Shown: positions 29,095 to 39,004, counted from the stretch's first letter. The stretch: 64,000 bases of DNA from an uncultured Actinomycetota bacterium (GCA_963715255.1 CAVQRN010000005.1:78564-142563), one strand, 5' to 3'. Notes: generated by a model not told the origin, from the sequence alone. Made by a program: numbers and translations.

Positions 29095-30983
29095 CGATCA
29101 TGACGACCATCACGTTCGTCCGTTCGCGACCCGCCGATACGGTAGGGGAGCGATGGGCGGAGACGAGACGCCGGGAGGGTTCGACCACTGTTGAGGTGGA
29201 CGCCCTTACGGAGACGGATCGGGCCGCCGCGTTCTCGGGAGGTCTCCTACCGTTGGCAGGTGAGCACGCGACTGCTGTTGCACCGGCCTACGTCGCCGGT
29301 CCGGCTGGAATCCTGGCGCTCTCGAAAGAAGGAATCTGTGGTTGGCAGTTGACGATCGTCGCGGGTGGCGATCGAGCGGCCACGATCGACGCTCTCGCTC
29401 GAACACAGGCGGCGTTTCTTCGAGTCGGGCGGAGCCAGGTGGCCGACGGGGCTCGGATTGCCGCCCTCCCCGGGGTGAACCCGAGAGTCTCCGTTTTCGT
29501 CGACACCGTCGAAGAAGCCCTGGCCGCAGTCGAGGTCGGAGCGACCGACCTTCTCTTGCGAGGGTGGGACACGGACACGATCGGCAGGCTCCGCGACGTT
29601 CTTCCGTTCCCACTCCTGGAACGAACCGCTCTCCCCGTCGAAGTGACGGTTGACGAGGCGCGACGTCATCTCGAAAGCGATGCCTTCAAGGTCTATCTCG
29701 ATCTTGTCGATGCGTCCGGGGTCGCGCGTCCCCGTACGGACTGGGCCCCGGGCAAAGATCTTCCCGCACCCCATGCACCGGGTCGGCTGTCCGCCCAGTG
29801 GAGTGATGAGGCGTGGGCCGGGGGAACGCACCCCGGCGGGGGAGACGCCGTTCGCGGTGTGTTGCAGCACATCCTCGATCGATCGCTCGAGGGACATCGC
29901 CCGAGTCGGGACGAGGTCCAGCGCCTGTTCGAGGCGCGAGGATCTGAGGTCGATGCGATCGCGTCGGTCGCCGACATTCTCCGCGAGCGCGCCAACGGCG
30001 AGAAGGTGTCCTTCGTCGTGAACCGGAACATCAGCTACACGAACCAGTGCACCTACAAGTGCGGCTTCTGTGCGTTCTCGAAGGGACCGCGGTCGCTGAA
30101 TCTGCGCGAAGACCCCTATCTGCTGACCATTCCGAACATCGTCGAACGCTCCGTCGATGCCTGGAATCGCGGTGCGACCGAAGTCTGTCTCCAGGGGGGT
30201 ATCCACCCAGAATTCACGGGGAGTTTCTACGTCACCGTCCTCGAAGCGATCAAAGAAGCAGTCCCCGCCATACACGTGCACGGGTTCACCCCCCTCGAGG
30301 TGTGGCAAGGTGCTGAGACGCTGGGGATCCCGGTTCGGGAGTTCCTCACCATGTTGCGCGACTCAGGACTCGGAACGCTGCCGGGTACGGCGGCCGAGAT
30401 TCTCGACGATCGCATTCGAGAGCATCTCTGTCCCGACAAGATCAGAACCGCGCAGTGGGCCGAGGTGATGCTGACCGCTCACGACCTCGGCCTCCGGTCG
30501 ACGGCGACGATGATGTTCGGACATATCGACGATCCGGCCTCATGGGCCAACCACATCGAGACGCTTCGCGTCATCCAACACCGCACCGGCGGGTTCACCG
30601 AGTTCGTGCCGCTTCCGTTCGTGCACATGGGCGCGCCGATCTATCTTCGGGGCGGGGCTCGCCCTGGTCCGACCTGGGATGAGGTGGTGCTCGTCCACGC
30701 GGTGGCGCGGATCGCGTTCGACGGCCTCATCGACAACATCCAGGCTTCGTGGGTGAAGTTGGGGCTCGAGGCGGGCCTGACACTCCTCAATGCCGGAGCA
30801 AACGACCTAGGAGGCACGCTGATGGATGAGTACATTTCGGCCGCTGCCGGGGCCTCCCACGGTTCCATGATGGGTGCCGAAGACTTCACCACGGCGATCG
30901 AGTCGATCGGACGAGTGCCGCAGCGCCGCACGACCCTGTACCGTCCTGCGCCGACGATTCGAGTTGTCGGAGGAATCCAATGA
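29091..30983 (+). CDS. cofH: FO synthase subunit CofH with ~250 aa N-terminal extension
   Basis: 630 aa. The radical-SAM motif CTYKCGFCAF sits at residues ~320-327, and the CofH-like body starts near residue 255. The preceding region has no motif I recognise. Confidence 0.82.
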   Translation: MTIMTTITFVRSRPADTVGERWAETRRREGSTTVEVDALTETDRAAAFSGGLLPLAGEHATAVAPAYVAGPAGILALSKEGICGWQLTIVAGGDRAATIDALARTQAAFLRVGRSQVADGARIAALPGVNPRVSVFVDTVEEALAAVEVGATDLLLRGWDTDTIGRLRDVLPFPLLERTALPVEVTVDEARRHLESDAFKVYLDLVDASGVARPRTDWAPGKDLPAPHAPGRLSAQWSDEAWAGGTHPGGGDAVRGVLQHILDRSLEGHRPSRDEVQRLFEARGSEVDAIASVADILRERANGEKVSFVVNRNISYTNQCTYKCGFCAFSKGPRSLNLREDPYLLTIPNIVERSVDAWNRGATEVCLQGGIHPEFTGSFYVTVLEAIKEAVPAIHVHGFTPLEVWQGAETLGIPVREFLTMLRDSGLGTLPGTAAEILDDRIREHLCPDKIRTAQWAEVMLTAHDLGLRSTATMMFGHIDDPASWANHIETLRVIQHRTGGFTEFVPLPFVHMGAPIYLRGGARPGPTWDEVVLVHAVARIAFDGLIDNIQASWVKLGLEAGLTLLNAGANDLGGTLMDEYISAAAGASHGSMMGAEDFTTAIESIGRVPQRRTTLYRPAPTIRVVGGIQ

Positions 30984-31561
30984 AGCGCGCGGGCGACGAG
31001 ACCAGGAATCAGCTGTTCGACGCCGCGGCCCAGTTGTTCCGAGAACTCGGGTACGAGGCCACCTCTCACGCCGACATCTCTGCTGAGGCGGACATCGGAC
31101 GTACCACGTTCTACGAGCACTTCGCTTCGAAGGAGGATCTGTTGGTGCAACTCGTACAGCGAGACCTCCCGGTGCTCATCGATGAGATGCTTGCTGAGGT
31201 CGATCCGAAGGTCTCACCCGACCTGCGGCTCCGCGAATTGACGGTTCGGTTCGTGGAGTTCGTCGGCATGGACCACCTGGGATTCATTCTCCACACCGAA
31301 GTTCCCCGATTGTCGGTTGACGCTCAACGTGAGATCGCGGACTCGCATCGGGCACTGTCGAACGAGGTGATGGACATCTACCGCTCCGGTGTGGCAGCCG
31401 GGGTGTTCGCCGAGCTTCCCGGGCCACTCGTCGGGCGCCTCATCCAGGACGTGATGATGGCCGGCGGGCGTGTCGTGATGGACCAACCGGAACCGAAACA
31501 GCGCCTTCACGAGATTGCGGAGGCAACTGCAGCGTTTCTGGTGAACGGCCTCTGCAAGTAG
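30980..31561 (+). CDS. TetR family transcriptional regulator
   Basis: 193 aa. N-terminal HTH LFDAAAQLFRELGYEATSHADISAEADIGRTTFYEHF. ATGA overlap with cofH. Confidence 0.85.
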   Translation: MKRAGDETRNQLFDAAAQLFRELGYEATSHADISAEADIGRTTFYEHFASKEDLLVQLVQRDLPVLIDEMLAEVDPKVSPDLRLRELTVRFVEFVGMDHLGFILHTEVPRLSVDAQREIADSHRALSNEVMDIYRSGVAAGVFAELPGPLVGRLIQDVMMAGGRVVMDQPEPKQRLHEIAEATAAFLVNGLCK

Positions 31562-31571
31562 CGTCATCCTC

Positions 31572-32237
31572 ATGCGGATCAATGTCATCACGATCTTCCC
31601 CGAGTTCTTCACTTCGCCCCTCGAGGCAAGCCTGGTCGGCAAAGCCCGGCAGGACGGCACGCTCGACGTGGTGCTTCACGACCTGCGCAGCCACGGCAAA
31701 GGGGTTCACCGGCAGATCGACGATGCTCCCTTCGGCGGTGGCGCCGGGATGGTGATGATGGTCGAACCGCTCGCCGCGGCGCTCGACCCTCTCGCTCACA
31801 CGCACCGCATCCTGTTCACACCCGGCGGCCGCCCGCTGGATCAGGCGACCCTTGATCGATGGGCCGCGCTCGATGAGATCACCGTCGTGTGCGGGAGGTA
31901 CGAAGGCGTCGACGAGCGCGTCGCAGAGCACTTCATCGACGAGGAGATCTCTATCGGGGACTACGTACTGCTTGGCGGTGAGGTTGCCGCTCTTGCAGTC
32001 ATCGAAGGGGTGACACGCTTGATCGACGGCGTGGTCGGAAATCCCACGTCCGTTGAGACGGAGAGTTTCCGCGATGGCCTCCTCGAAGAGCCGCAGTACA
32101 CCCGGCCCGCCGAGTTCCGTGGATGGACCGTCCCGAACGTCCTGCGCTCCGGCGACCACGCAAAGGTCGGGGAGTGGCGGAGAGAGCAGCGCGAGCAACG
32201 GACGAGGGAGCGAAGACCGGATCTACTGGACGAGTAG
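31572..32237 (+). CDS. trmD: tRNA (guanine37-N1)-methyltransferase
   Basis: 221 aa: MRINVITIFPEFF, DDAPFGGGAGMVM, GRYEGVDERV, SIGDYVLLGGE. Confidence 0.93.
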   Translation: MRINVITIFPEFFTSPLEASLVGKARQDGTLDVVLHDLRSHGKGVHRQIDDAPFGGGAGMVMMVEPLAAALDPLAHTHRILFTPGGRPLDQATLDRWAALDEITVVCGRYEGVDERVAEHFIDEEISIGDYVLLGGEVAALAVIEGVTRLIDGVVGNPTSVETESFRDGLLEEPQYTRPAEFRGWTVPNVLRSGDHAKVGEWRREQREQRTRERRPDLLDE

Positions 32238-32326
32238 CTGAGTAGCCGAGTAGCGGAGTAGCGGAATAGCAGGGCGCGAGGCCACCCGTCTACCCGTACT
32301 CAGCTACTCGGCTACTCAGCTACTCA
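32232..32326. repeat. inverted GAGTAGCN / GCTACTCN octamer arrays forming a perfect 23-bp hairpin between trmD and rplS
   Basis: Five forward units at 32232-32271 (gagtagct gagtagcc gagtagcg gagtagcg gaatagca). Reverse units at 32296-32326. 32232-32254 is the exact reverse complement of 32303-32325. The trmD TAG stop (32235-32237) is inside unit 1. Confidence 0.85.
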
Positions 32327-32393
32327 AGCCCGTTTAGCTTCTCCGCTTGCTATTATCAAGACCCGCCTTCCCCCCTTTCTTCTGGAGGATCCC

Positions 32394-32738
32394 GTGAATA
32401 CGCTCGATCAGATCGAGAGCGCACAGTTGCGCGATGACATCCCGAACTTCGGTCCCGGGGATACCGTCCGCGTGGACGTGCGCGTCATCGAGGGTGGACG
32501 GGAACGCACCCAGGGTTTCGAAGGTGTTGTCATTGCCCGCAAGGGCGGAGGCATTCGCGAGACATTCACGGTCCGCAAGATCAGCTTCGGCGTTGGTGTC
32601 GAGCGGATATTCCCGGTCCATGCTCCGATCATCCAGAAGATCGAAGTTCTCCGTCGAGGTGACGTGCGAAGGGCCAAGCTCTATTACCTTCGTGGCCGGG
32701 TCGGCAAGGCCACCCGGATCAAGGAGAAGCGCGACTGA
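32394..32738 (+). CDS. rplS: 50S ribosomal protein L19
   Basis: 114 aa, GTG start: [51 protein letters not shown]. Confidence 0.93.
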   Translation: MNTLDQIESAQLRDDIPNFGPGDTVRVDVRVIEGGRERTQGFEGVVIARKGGGIRETFTVRKISFGVGVERIFPVHAPIIQKIEVLRRGDVRRAKLYYLRGRVGKATRIKEKRD

Positions 32739-32849
32739 CCGGTCTCGACCCGGACCTCGCCATCGAACACGACCCGTCCAATCGGCGGGTCGTTGTCGCG
32801 CCGCTCGACGATGCGGCACTGTCGGCCGGTGTCAGCGACGCTGTCAGAG

Positions 32850-33416
32850 ATGGATCCAATCCTCGCGAGGCTCGCGGAGCGCAACGGCGTTCCGCCGCTG
32901 TGGCCACACGACCCCGGCTTCTCCACGATGGTCCGGCTCATCCTGGAGCAACAGGTCTCCCTCGCCTCCGCAGACGCGGCCTACGGGAAGCTCGAACGAG
33001 CGATCGGTCGCGTCGAACCCGAGGCCTTCGTTGTCCTGGGCGACTCTGAGCTGCGGACCATCGGATTCTCTCGGCAGAAGAGTGGCTATGTACGGGGCCT
33101 TGCCGCCGGCATGATGGACGGCTCGGTCGATCTGGAAGCCGTCGGCGGGCTCGACGATGCGACGGCAACGGACCGACTCCTCGACATCCGGGGCATCGGT
33201 CCGTGGACGGCGGCCTGCTACCTGCTGTTCGCACTCCGCCGCCCCGACGTCTGGCCGCCGGGCGACCGAGCACTCCAGGTCTCGATGGGCCGGGTCTACG
33301 CCCTCTCCGATGTTCCAGACGACGACACGTCGGGTGTTCGCGCAACCGCTTGGCGACCGCTCCGATCGATAGCCGCCAGGATCCTCTGGTTCGAGTACTT
33401 GGGAGGGCCAGCGTGA
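32850..33416 (+). CDS. HhH-GPD DNA glycosylase (3-methyladenine glycosylase II-like)
   Basis: ATG 32850 (MDPILARLAERNG...) in frame with track ORF 32793..33416. Helix-hairpin-helix LLDIRGIGPWTAACYLLF followed by WPPGDRAL. Confidence 0.78.
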   Translation: MDPILARLAERNGVPPLWPHDPGFSTMVRLILEQQVSLASADAAYGKLERAIGRVEPEAFVVLGDSELRTIGFSRQKSGYVRGLAAGMMDGSVDLEAVGGLDDATATDRLLDIRGIGPWTAACYLLFALRRPDVWPPGDRALQVSMGRVYALSDVPDDDTSGVRATAWRPLRSIAARILWFEYLGGPA

Positions 33417-33445
33417 GAGACCCTTTGACCGGCGCGACAGGTAGG

Positions 33446-34112
33446 GTGCCGTTTGTGTCGTCCTCCGATTTCGAACCCGTTGCGCCCGAACCAGTGGGGA
33501 TCGAAAGCGCCGGCATCGAGAAGAAGAAGCCGGCGCTCCCTTTCTGGCTCGAACTGCCGCTCCTCATCCTTCGCGGCGCTCGTCATCGCCGTTGTTATCA
33601 AGACGTTCTTCTTCCAGGCATTCTGGATTCCGTCGTCATCGATGGAGGACACGCTTCAGATCAACGATCGAGTGATGGTGAACAAACTCGCGTACCGGAT
33701 CGGAGACCTGCAGAGGGGTCATGTTGTTGTGTTCGACGATCCGCGCGGCGACGAAGCGCCGCAAGAGACGATCTTCGAGGCGGCACGGCGCAACGTCACG
33801 GAGGCAATCGGCATCTCCGTCCCACGGACCGAGTTCATCAAACGGGTGATCGGGCTGCCGGGCGAGCACGTCGAGATCATCGACAACCAGGTGCTCATCG
33901 ATGGCGCACCGATCGACGAGCCGTATCTGAAGACGGGGTCGGTGATGCCGGATTTCGGGCCGATCATCGTGCCGCCCGGTGAGATGTTCGTCATGGGCGA
34001 CAACCGCAACGCGAGCCAGGACAGTCGCTACTTCGGGGCGGTGCCGACCGACACGATCGTCGGGAGGGCCTTCGTGATCATGTGGCCGGTGGCACGCTGG
34101 ACAACGTTGTGA
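33446..34112 (+). CDS. lepB: signal peptidase I, one extra base near 33572
   Basis: The N-terminus VPFVSSSDFEPV...KKKPALPFWLELPLLIL is in the frame of ORF 33203..33982. AALVIAVVIKTFFFQAFWIPSSSMEDTL...GDNRNASQDSRYFG follows in ORF 33453..34112. Box B SMxxT and box E GDNRxxSxDSR are present. Confidence 0.85.
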
Positions 34113-34193
34113 CCACGCACGACCGACCATCGACGGGTTACCTGCGGACCCCCGGTAGCATCGACACGCCGACCACGGACGGGAGGAGCACGA

Positions 34194-34490
34194 GTGGGCG
34201 AAGAGGATCTCGAGCGATTCGAAACTGATGTCGAGTTGCAGATCTATCGCGAGTACCGCGATGTGCTCCCGATGTTCCGATACGTCGTTGAGACGGAGCG
34301 GCGCTTCTACCTTGCCAACAAGGTCGAGATGAACACCCGCTCGGCCGAAGGTTCGATCTACTTCGAACTCGAACTCGAAGATGCCTGGGTGTGGGACATG
34401 TTCCGGCCCGCACGGTTTGTGAAGCGAGTGCGGGTCATGACCTTCCGTGACGTCAACATCGAAGAGACCGACATCCCCTCGGATTTCTAG
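34194..34490 (+). CDS. DUF2469 family protein
   Basis: 98 aa, GTG start after gggaggag. Text EDLERFETDVELQIYREYRDVLPMFRYVVETERRFYLANKV matches the conserved actinobacterial protein found next to lepB. Confidence 0.8.
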   Translation: MGEEDLERFETDVELQIYREYRDVLPMFRYVVETERRFYLANKVEMNTRSAEGSIYFELELEDAWVWDMFRPARFVKRVRVMTFRDVNIEETDIPSDF

Positions 34491-34535
34491 GAGCCTGCTC
34501 GCGTTCCCGTCACCGCCGAGTGAGACGATGCGGAG

Positions 34536-34865
34536 ATGACCACGCGCCGCGCATCCGTTGGAGCCGCCGGGGAAGTCGTTGCGTCCCGATTCATTGAGCG
34601 CCACGGTGCCGTCATCCTGGACCGGAACGTTCGCGTCGGTCGCGACGAGATCGATCTCATCGCTCGGATCGATGGACACGTGGTCGCCATCGAAGTGAAG
34701 ACCGGGCTCGGTTCCGGGACCCGTCCGTGGGAGAACTTCGACGCTGACAAGAGCGCACGGATTCGGCGCGCTGCACGGGCTCTGTCGATCCGGCGTATCG
34801 ATCTCGTTGCCGTCGAACTCACCGGCTACGGGGTGACCATCCGCTGGCTACCCGGAGTTGGCTGA
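34536..34865 (+). CDS. yraN: YraN family (UPF0102) endonuclease-like protein
   Basis: 109 aa: GAAGEVVASRFIERHGAVILDRNVRVGRDEIDLIARIDGHVVAIEVKT. Conserved position upstream of the Mg-chelatase-like gene. Confidence 0.8.
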   Translation: MTTRRASVGAAGEVVASRFIERHGAVILDRNVRVGRDEIDLIARIDGHVVAIEVKTGLGSGTRPWENFDADKSARIRRAARALSIRRIDLVAVELTGYGVTIRWLPGVG

Positions 34866-35084
34866 CCCGTACTTGCGACGCTGTTCCTTGAACCAGCACC
34901 CCCGATGCCAGTGGCGGCGCAGGTCTGGTGCATGTGCTGGGACAACAACGAGATGTCCGACCCCGGGCTCGATCCACGAATCACACCCGGGGCACACGTA
35001 TGCCTTGCGCGCCTGATACGCCTGGACAGGGTTGACAACCTCGTCTCCGAGGCTTCCAGTGTCGCGGAACGGGTCGGTCTGCAT
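34848..35084 (-). CDS. small zinc-ribbon protein, unknown function
   Basis: 78 aa: CPGCDSWIEPGVGHLVVVP...RRHWHRGCWFKEQRRK. Its 3' end overlaps the yraN 3' end by 18 nt (convergent). Confidence 0.55.
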   Translation of the reverse strand: MQTDPFRDTGSLGDEVVNPVQAYQARKAYVCPGCDSWIEPGVGHLVVVPAHAPDLRRHWHRGCWFKEQRRKYGSANSG

Positions 35085-35171
35085 AGGGACAACGTAGCGG
35101 TGCAGCGGAGTAGCGGTGTGGCGCGCGCCCTTCGCCGACGACCGAGCACCTGGGAGTGCTACCTTCGCCCC

Positions 35172-35948
35172 ATGAGCTTCGTATCTGTCGATGACCGGGG
35201 GTTGGTTCGGTGGGTCACCATGTCGTCTCCCGGTGCGAAGAACGCGATCCCGAAGGTCGGATGGGGCGAATTGGCGGAAGCGTTCGAAGGGTTCGAAGCC
35301 TCGGATCAGCGAGCGCTGGTGGTGATCGGCGCCGATGGGGACTTCTCGGCTGGAGCCGACCTCGGTGCCGACTTCTCAGGATTCGGGACGGCAGCAGCGA
35401 ATGCCGAGTACATGAAACTTCCCAACCGGGCGGCGCTTGCGCTGCATCGGATCTCGAAGCCGACGGTGGCCGCCGTCGATGGTGTAGCGGTCGGTGCGGG
35501 AATGAACCTTGCTCTCGGATGCGACGTCGTGATTGCCACGGAACGCGCACGGTTCGCTGAGATCTTCGTCAAGCGCGGGTTGACCCTCGACTTCGGTGGG
35601 ACGTGGCTGCTGCCTCGTTTGGTGGGGCTCGCCCGTGCCCGCGAGATCGCGCTCACCGGCCGGATCGTCGAGGCCGAAGAGGCCCTCTCCATCGGATTGG
35701 CAACGCTCGTCGTACCGGCCTCGTCGCTTGAAGACACGGCCGTCGAGATTGCAGGAGCATTGGCCGAGGGTGCTCCACTCGCCCAACGATTGATCAAGGT
35801 CGCCCTCGATCGGTCGTCGTCGATGACGTTCGAGCAGTCCCTCGCATACGAGGAACAAGCCCAAGCAGTCTTGCTCGGCTCAGAGGATCTCTTCGAAGGC
35901 GCAGCAGCCTTCTTCCAGAAGCGCCCGCCTGAGTTCAAAGGCCGATAG
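35172..35948 (+). CDS. enoyl-CoA hydratase/isomerase family protein
   Basis: ATG 35172 (MSFVSVDDRGLVRWVTMSSPGAKNAIP) in frame with track ORF 34905..35948. Crotonase motifs GADGDFSAGADL and VDGVAVGAGMNLALGCD. Confidence 0.85.
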   Translation: MSFVSVDDRGLVRWVTMSSPGAKNAIPKVGWGELAEAFEGFEASDQRALVVIGADGDFSAGADLGADFSGFGTAAANAEYMKLPNRAALALHRISKPTVAAVDGVAVGAGMNLALGCDVVIATERARFAEIFVKRGLTLDFGGTWLLPRLVGLARAREIALTGRIVEAEEALSIGLATLVVPASSLEDTAVEIAGALAEGAPLAQRLIKVALDRSSSMTFEQSLAYEEQAQAVLLGSEDLFEGAAAFFQKRPPEFKGR

Positions 35949-35971
35949 CCGGCCTTCGGCCGCAGTATCCC

Positions 35972-36010
35972 GCACTCAGCTACCCAGCTAGTCGGCTACT
36001 CCACCACTCC
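35972..36010. repeat. degenerate GCTACTCN octamer array
   Basis: gcactca gctaccca gctagtcg gctactcc accactcc, just downstream of the echA-like TAG stop and a small cggcc/ggccg hairpin (35950-35962). Confidence 0.6.
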
Positions 36011-36056
36011 GTCCAACCCTCTGTTTCTTGTCACACGCGAGTCATACGGTGCACGG

Positions 36057-37532
36057 ATGAACGCAACAATCACCTCAAGCGCCATCATCGGTGTCGAGCC
36101 GCACCCGGTCCTGATCGAGGCCCACGTCGGGGGTGGGAGCAAGCCAATCTTCATCATCGTCGGTCTTCCCGATGCGGCCGTGAGGGAGGCGAAGGAACGC
36201 GTGCGTGCGGCGATGGCGTCGAGCGGGTACAAGTTCCCAGCGAAACGAGTCGTGGTCAACCTCTCGCCCGCAGACCTTCCGAAGGTCGGCTCGGCCTACG
36301 ACCTCCCCATTGCACTCGGCGTGCTCGCAGCCAACGGCAAGCTCCCTCACGGAGCGACGAATGTCGTGGCACTCGGCGAGCTTGCCCTCGACGGCACCGT
36401 TCGCCCCGCCCGGGGCGGCCTCAGCGCCGCTCTCGTGGCGCGGGATCTCGGCACGCGGTGCCTCCTGCCGCTGCAGTCGGCTGCGGAGACGGCGGGTCGC
36501 GAGGATTTGGGGGTTTGCGCGGTCAGGTCGTTGTCGCACGCGATGGAGGTCGCTGCCGGAGTCCACCCGGGAGACGAGATCGAGGCGTTGCCGGGCCGCT
36601 CGGTTGAGATCCCCGATATCAGCGACGTGCGCGGCCAAGCGCCGGCGCGCGCGGCGCTCGAAGTGGCGGCCGCAGGCGGCCACCACTTGCTGTTCCGTGG
36701 ACCCCCCGGTTCGGGGAAGACGATGCTTGCCCGGACCCTCCCCGGGCTGCTCCCGCCGCTCGACGACCGGGAGTCCCACGAAGTTGCGCTCGTTTGGGCC
36801 GCGGCGGGCCTGTCGCGTCCCGATCCTGCGTTGCCGCCCTTCCGGTCCCCGCATCACTCGGCTTCGATGGCAGCGTTCATCGGCGGCGGGTCGGGTGTCC
36901 CGACGCCCGGCGAGGCGGTGATGGCGCACCGTGGGGTCCTATTCTTGGACGAGCTGGGGGAGTTCCCCCCGCAGCTACTCGACGCGCTTCGGGCGCCGAT
37001 CGAGGACGGTTCCGTTGTGGTGGCGCGGAAGGCAGCAACCGTCGAATTCCCGTGTCGGACGCAGGTCGTTGCAGCGACGAATCCGTGCCCGTGCGGTTTC
37101 GAAGGGGACCGAATACACGCGTGCGAGTGCACAGAGTCCATGAAGGCACGGTACAAACGCCGCTTCTCCGGTCCGCTCTTGGACCGATTCGATCTACAGG
37201 TCGAAGTACCGCGACTGAGGGTGGCAGAGCTCGCGGGGCCGGAGGGAGAGTGTTCGAGAGACGTCCGTGTCAGAGTTGCTGCGGCACGAAGGCGCCAGTT
37301 CGACGAACGCGGACGGCTCAACCGCGAGCTGGGTCGTCGCGATCTCGATGCTCTGGAGTGGACCGGTGGTGCCGTCGCCCGGCTGGGCGAGGCCGCGGCC
37401 GGGGATCGACTCACGGCACGAGGCTGGGATCGGATCCGGCGCGTCGCTCGCACCGCGGCCGACCTCGCTGGATCGGATGCGGTTCACGGGGTTCACATCG
37501 AAACAGCGCTCAGGATGCGGGTGACGCTGTGA
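36057..37532 (+). CDS. YifB/ComM family Mg-chelatase-like AAA+ ATPase
   Basis: 491 aa. Lon-like N-domain (GLPDAAVREAKERVRAA), Walker A GPPGSGKTM, Walker B VLFLDELGEF, zinc-like CPCGFEGDRIHACEC. Confidence 0.9.
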   Translation: MNATITSSAIIGVEPHPVLIEAHVGGGSKPIFIIVGLPDAAVREAKERVRAAMASSGYKFPAKRVVVNLSPADLPKVGSAYDLPIALGVLAANGKLPHGATNVVALGELALDGTVRPARGGLSAALVARDLGTRCLLPLQSAAETAGREDLGVCAVRSLSHAMEVAAGVHPGDEIEALPGRSVEIPDISDVRGQAPARAALEVAAAGGHHLLFRGPPGSGKTMLARTLPGLLPPLDDRESHEVALVWAAAGLSRPDPALPPFRSPHHSASMAAFIGGGSGVPTPGEAVMAHRGVLFLDELGEFPPQLLDALRAPIEDGSVVVARKAATVEFPCRTQVVAATNPCPCGFEGDRIHACECTESMKARYKRRFSGPLLDRFDLQVEVPRLRVAELAGPEGECSRDVRVRVAAARRRQFDERGRLNRELGRRDLDALEWTGGAVARLGEAAAGDRLTARGWDRIRRVARTAADLAGSDAVHGVHIETALRMRVTL

Positions 37533-38434
37533 GCGATGATGCTCGTCTCCGCATGGCGTTCTCCGGGTTGCACCCGATCCGAGCGCGAGAGCTCCACGAT
37601 CAGTTCGGCGGAGCGGCGGAGGCGACCATGGCGATCGAGCGTGGTCGTGTCAAGGCATCCGGGTCGATCCGCACCAATCTCGCGACTCCAGCGATTCAGC
37701 GACGCTGCGAGCTGGCCTCGCTTGGGATCGAGGCGGTGTTCCGCGGAAGCCCGGCCTACCCGGATCATCTCGACGTGTTCGAGGACGCACCCGACGTCCT
37801 GTTCGTTCGCGGCGCGCTGCCGCAACATCGCGGAGTTGGGATCGTCGGAACGCGCAGATGCACCGCATACGGGCTGGAGCTCGCTGAGGCATATGGAAGG
37901 GCGGTTGCAGAGACCGGGTGGCTTGTCGTCTCCGGCCTCGCCAGGGGTATCGATGGGGCCGCGCACCGCGGCATGGTGTCGGTCAACGGACCAGGGGTAG
38001 CGGTGCTGGGATGCGGCATCGACGTGACATACCCGAGAGAGCACCGACGCCTCGGTGAACAGGTTCTCGAGGCAGGAGGAGCAATCGTGTCGGAGTATCC
38101 GCCCGGGAGCCGCCCCGACGCGTGGAGGTTCCCGCCGAGGAACCGCATCATTGCCGGCCTCTCCGCGGCCGTCGTCGTGGTCGAGGCCGCCAAGACCGGC
38201 GGGGCGTTGATCACCGCGGTCAAAGCCGCCGAGTACGGCATCCCGGTGTTTGCGATGCCGGGAGACGTCGACCGGCGAACGTCGGAGGGAACGAACCGAC
38301 TGATCCGCGACGGGGCATTCCCCGTCTTTGACCCGGATGACTTGATCGAGGAGCTCGGTCTTGTCCATGATCTAGCTTCGGCCAGGAAGGAGTGTGAGCC
38401 GAGGGAGCTCGAGGTTCTTGACCTTCGCGCGTGA
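37529..38434 (+). CDS. dprA: DNA-processing protein DprA
   Basis: GTG 37529 overlaps the comM-like stop (GTGA), in frame with track ORF 36794..38434. Rossmann-like core GIVGTRRCTAYG...SGLARGIDGAAHRG...FPPRNRIIAGLSAAVVVVEAAKTGGALITA. Confidence 0.88.
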   Translation: MSDDARLRMAFSGLHPIRARELHDQFGGAAEATMAIERGRVKASGSIRTNLATPAIQRRCELASLGIEAVFRGSPAYPDHLDVFEDAPDVLFVRGALPQHRGVGIVGTRRCTAYGLELAEAYGRAVAETGWLVVSGLARGIDGAAHRGMVSVNGPGVAVLGCGIDVTYPREHRRLGEQVLEAGGAIVSEYPPGSRPDAWRFPPRNRIIAGLSAAVVVVEAAKTGGALITAVKAAEYGIPVFAMPGDVDRRTSEGTNRLIRDGAFPVFDPDDLIEELGLVHDLASARKECEPRELEVLDLRA

Positions 38435-38545
38435 CGCCACAACCACCGCGGGATGAACAACGGGGTATCGGCGCTGACGATATCAGGCACCCATGGGCGG
38501 CAAAGACGATCCCGAGGAGAGATGCGGCGAGTCTGTGCCGGTTCT

Positions 38546-39004
38546 CTACCTCTTGTTGTCCCCGAGGACCTTCGACACGAACGAGACCGCAGCGGCGTTG
38601 AAATCTCCTTGATGGAGACCCTGGGCCGCCACGACCCTCCCACCCTTGGCTTCGAACGCCGAACTCAGACCTGCAAGGGCCTCGGAGACCCGTGCAGTCA
38701 CGTCGGCAAACGTGTGCGGGAAGAACGAGTACGTGCAGAACACGCCAACCCGGAGTCCGTCGAGAGCCGGGAGGGCATCGATCCACTCCGACATCCGCCT
38801 TGTCGGCTCGCCGCCGAACGGCGTGTCGCTGTGGAGCTTGCACCCAGCCACTACGACATCGGTCGCCAGCAGGTCATCGAGGACAGCTTCGTCGATTGAG
38901 CGAACGAGTGTGGCAACACCGTGGGCGGCAGCGGCCTCGGAGAGGGCATCCGCTGCCTGGTGGACCTTGCCTCGTCGGCTCTCACACACGACATACATGT
39001 CCAT
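38546..39004 (-). CDS. flavodoxin-like fold protein
   Basis: 152 aa. Alternating beta-alpha pattern MYVVCESRRGKVHQAADALSEAA...DVVVAGCKLH...RVGVFCTYSF. The assignment is by fold-like pattern only. Confidence 0.5.
   Translation of the reverse strand: MDMYVVCESRRGKVHQAADALSEAAAAHGVATLVRSIDEAVLDDLLATDVVVAGCKLHSDTPFGGEPTRRMSEWIDALPALDGLRVGVFCTYSFFPHTFADVTARVSEALAGLSSAFEAKGGRVVAAQGLHQGDFNAAAVSFVSKVLGDNKR

Noticed and set aside
34905-35171. 5' extensions of track ORFs (34905 for the enoyl-CoA hydratase gene, and likewise 36794..37528 for dprA, 41343..41630 for xerC, 4274..4360 for plsX)
   Set aside because: The extensions overlap neighbouring genes or the dprA remnant and have no homologous text. 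Family-typical N-termini begin at the internal starts given in the features.
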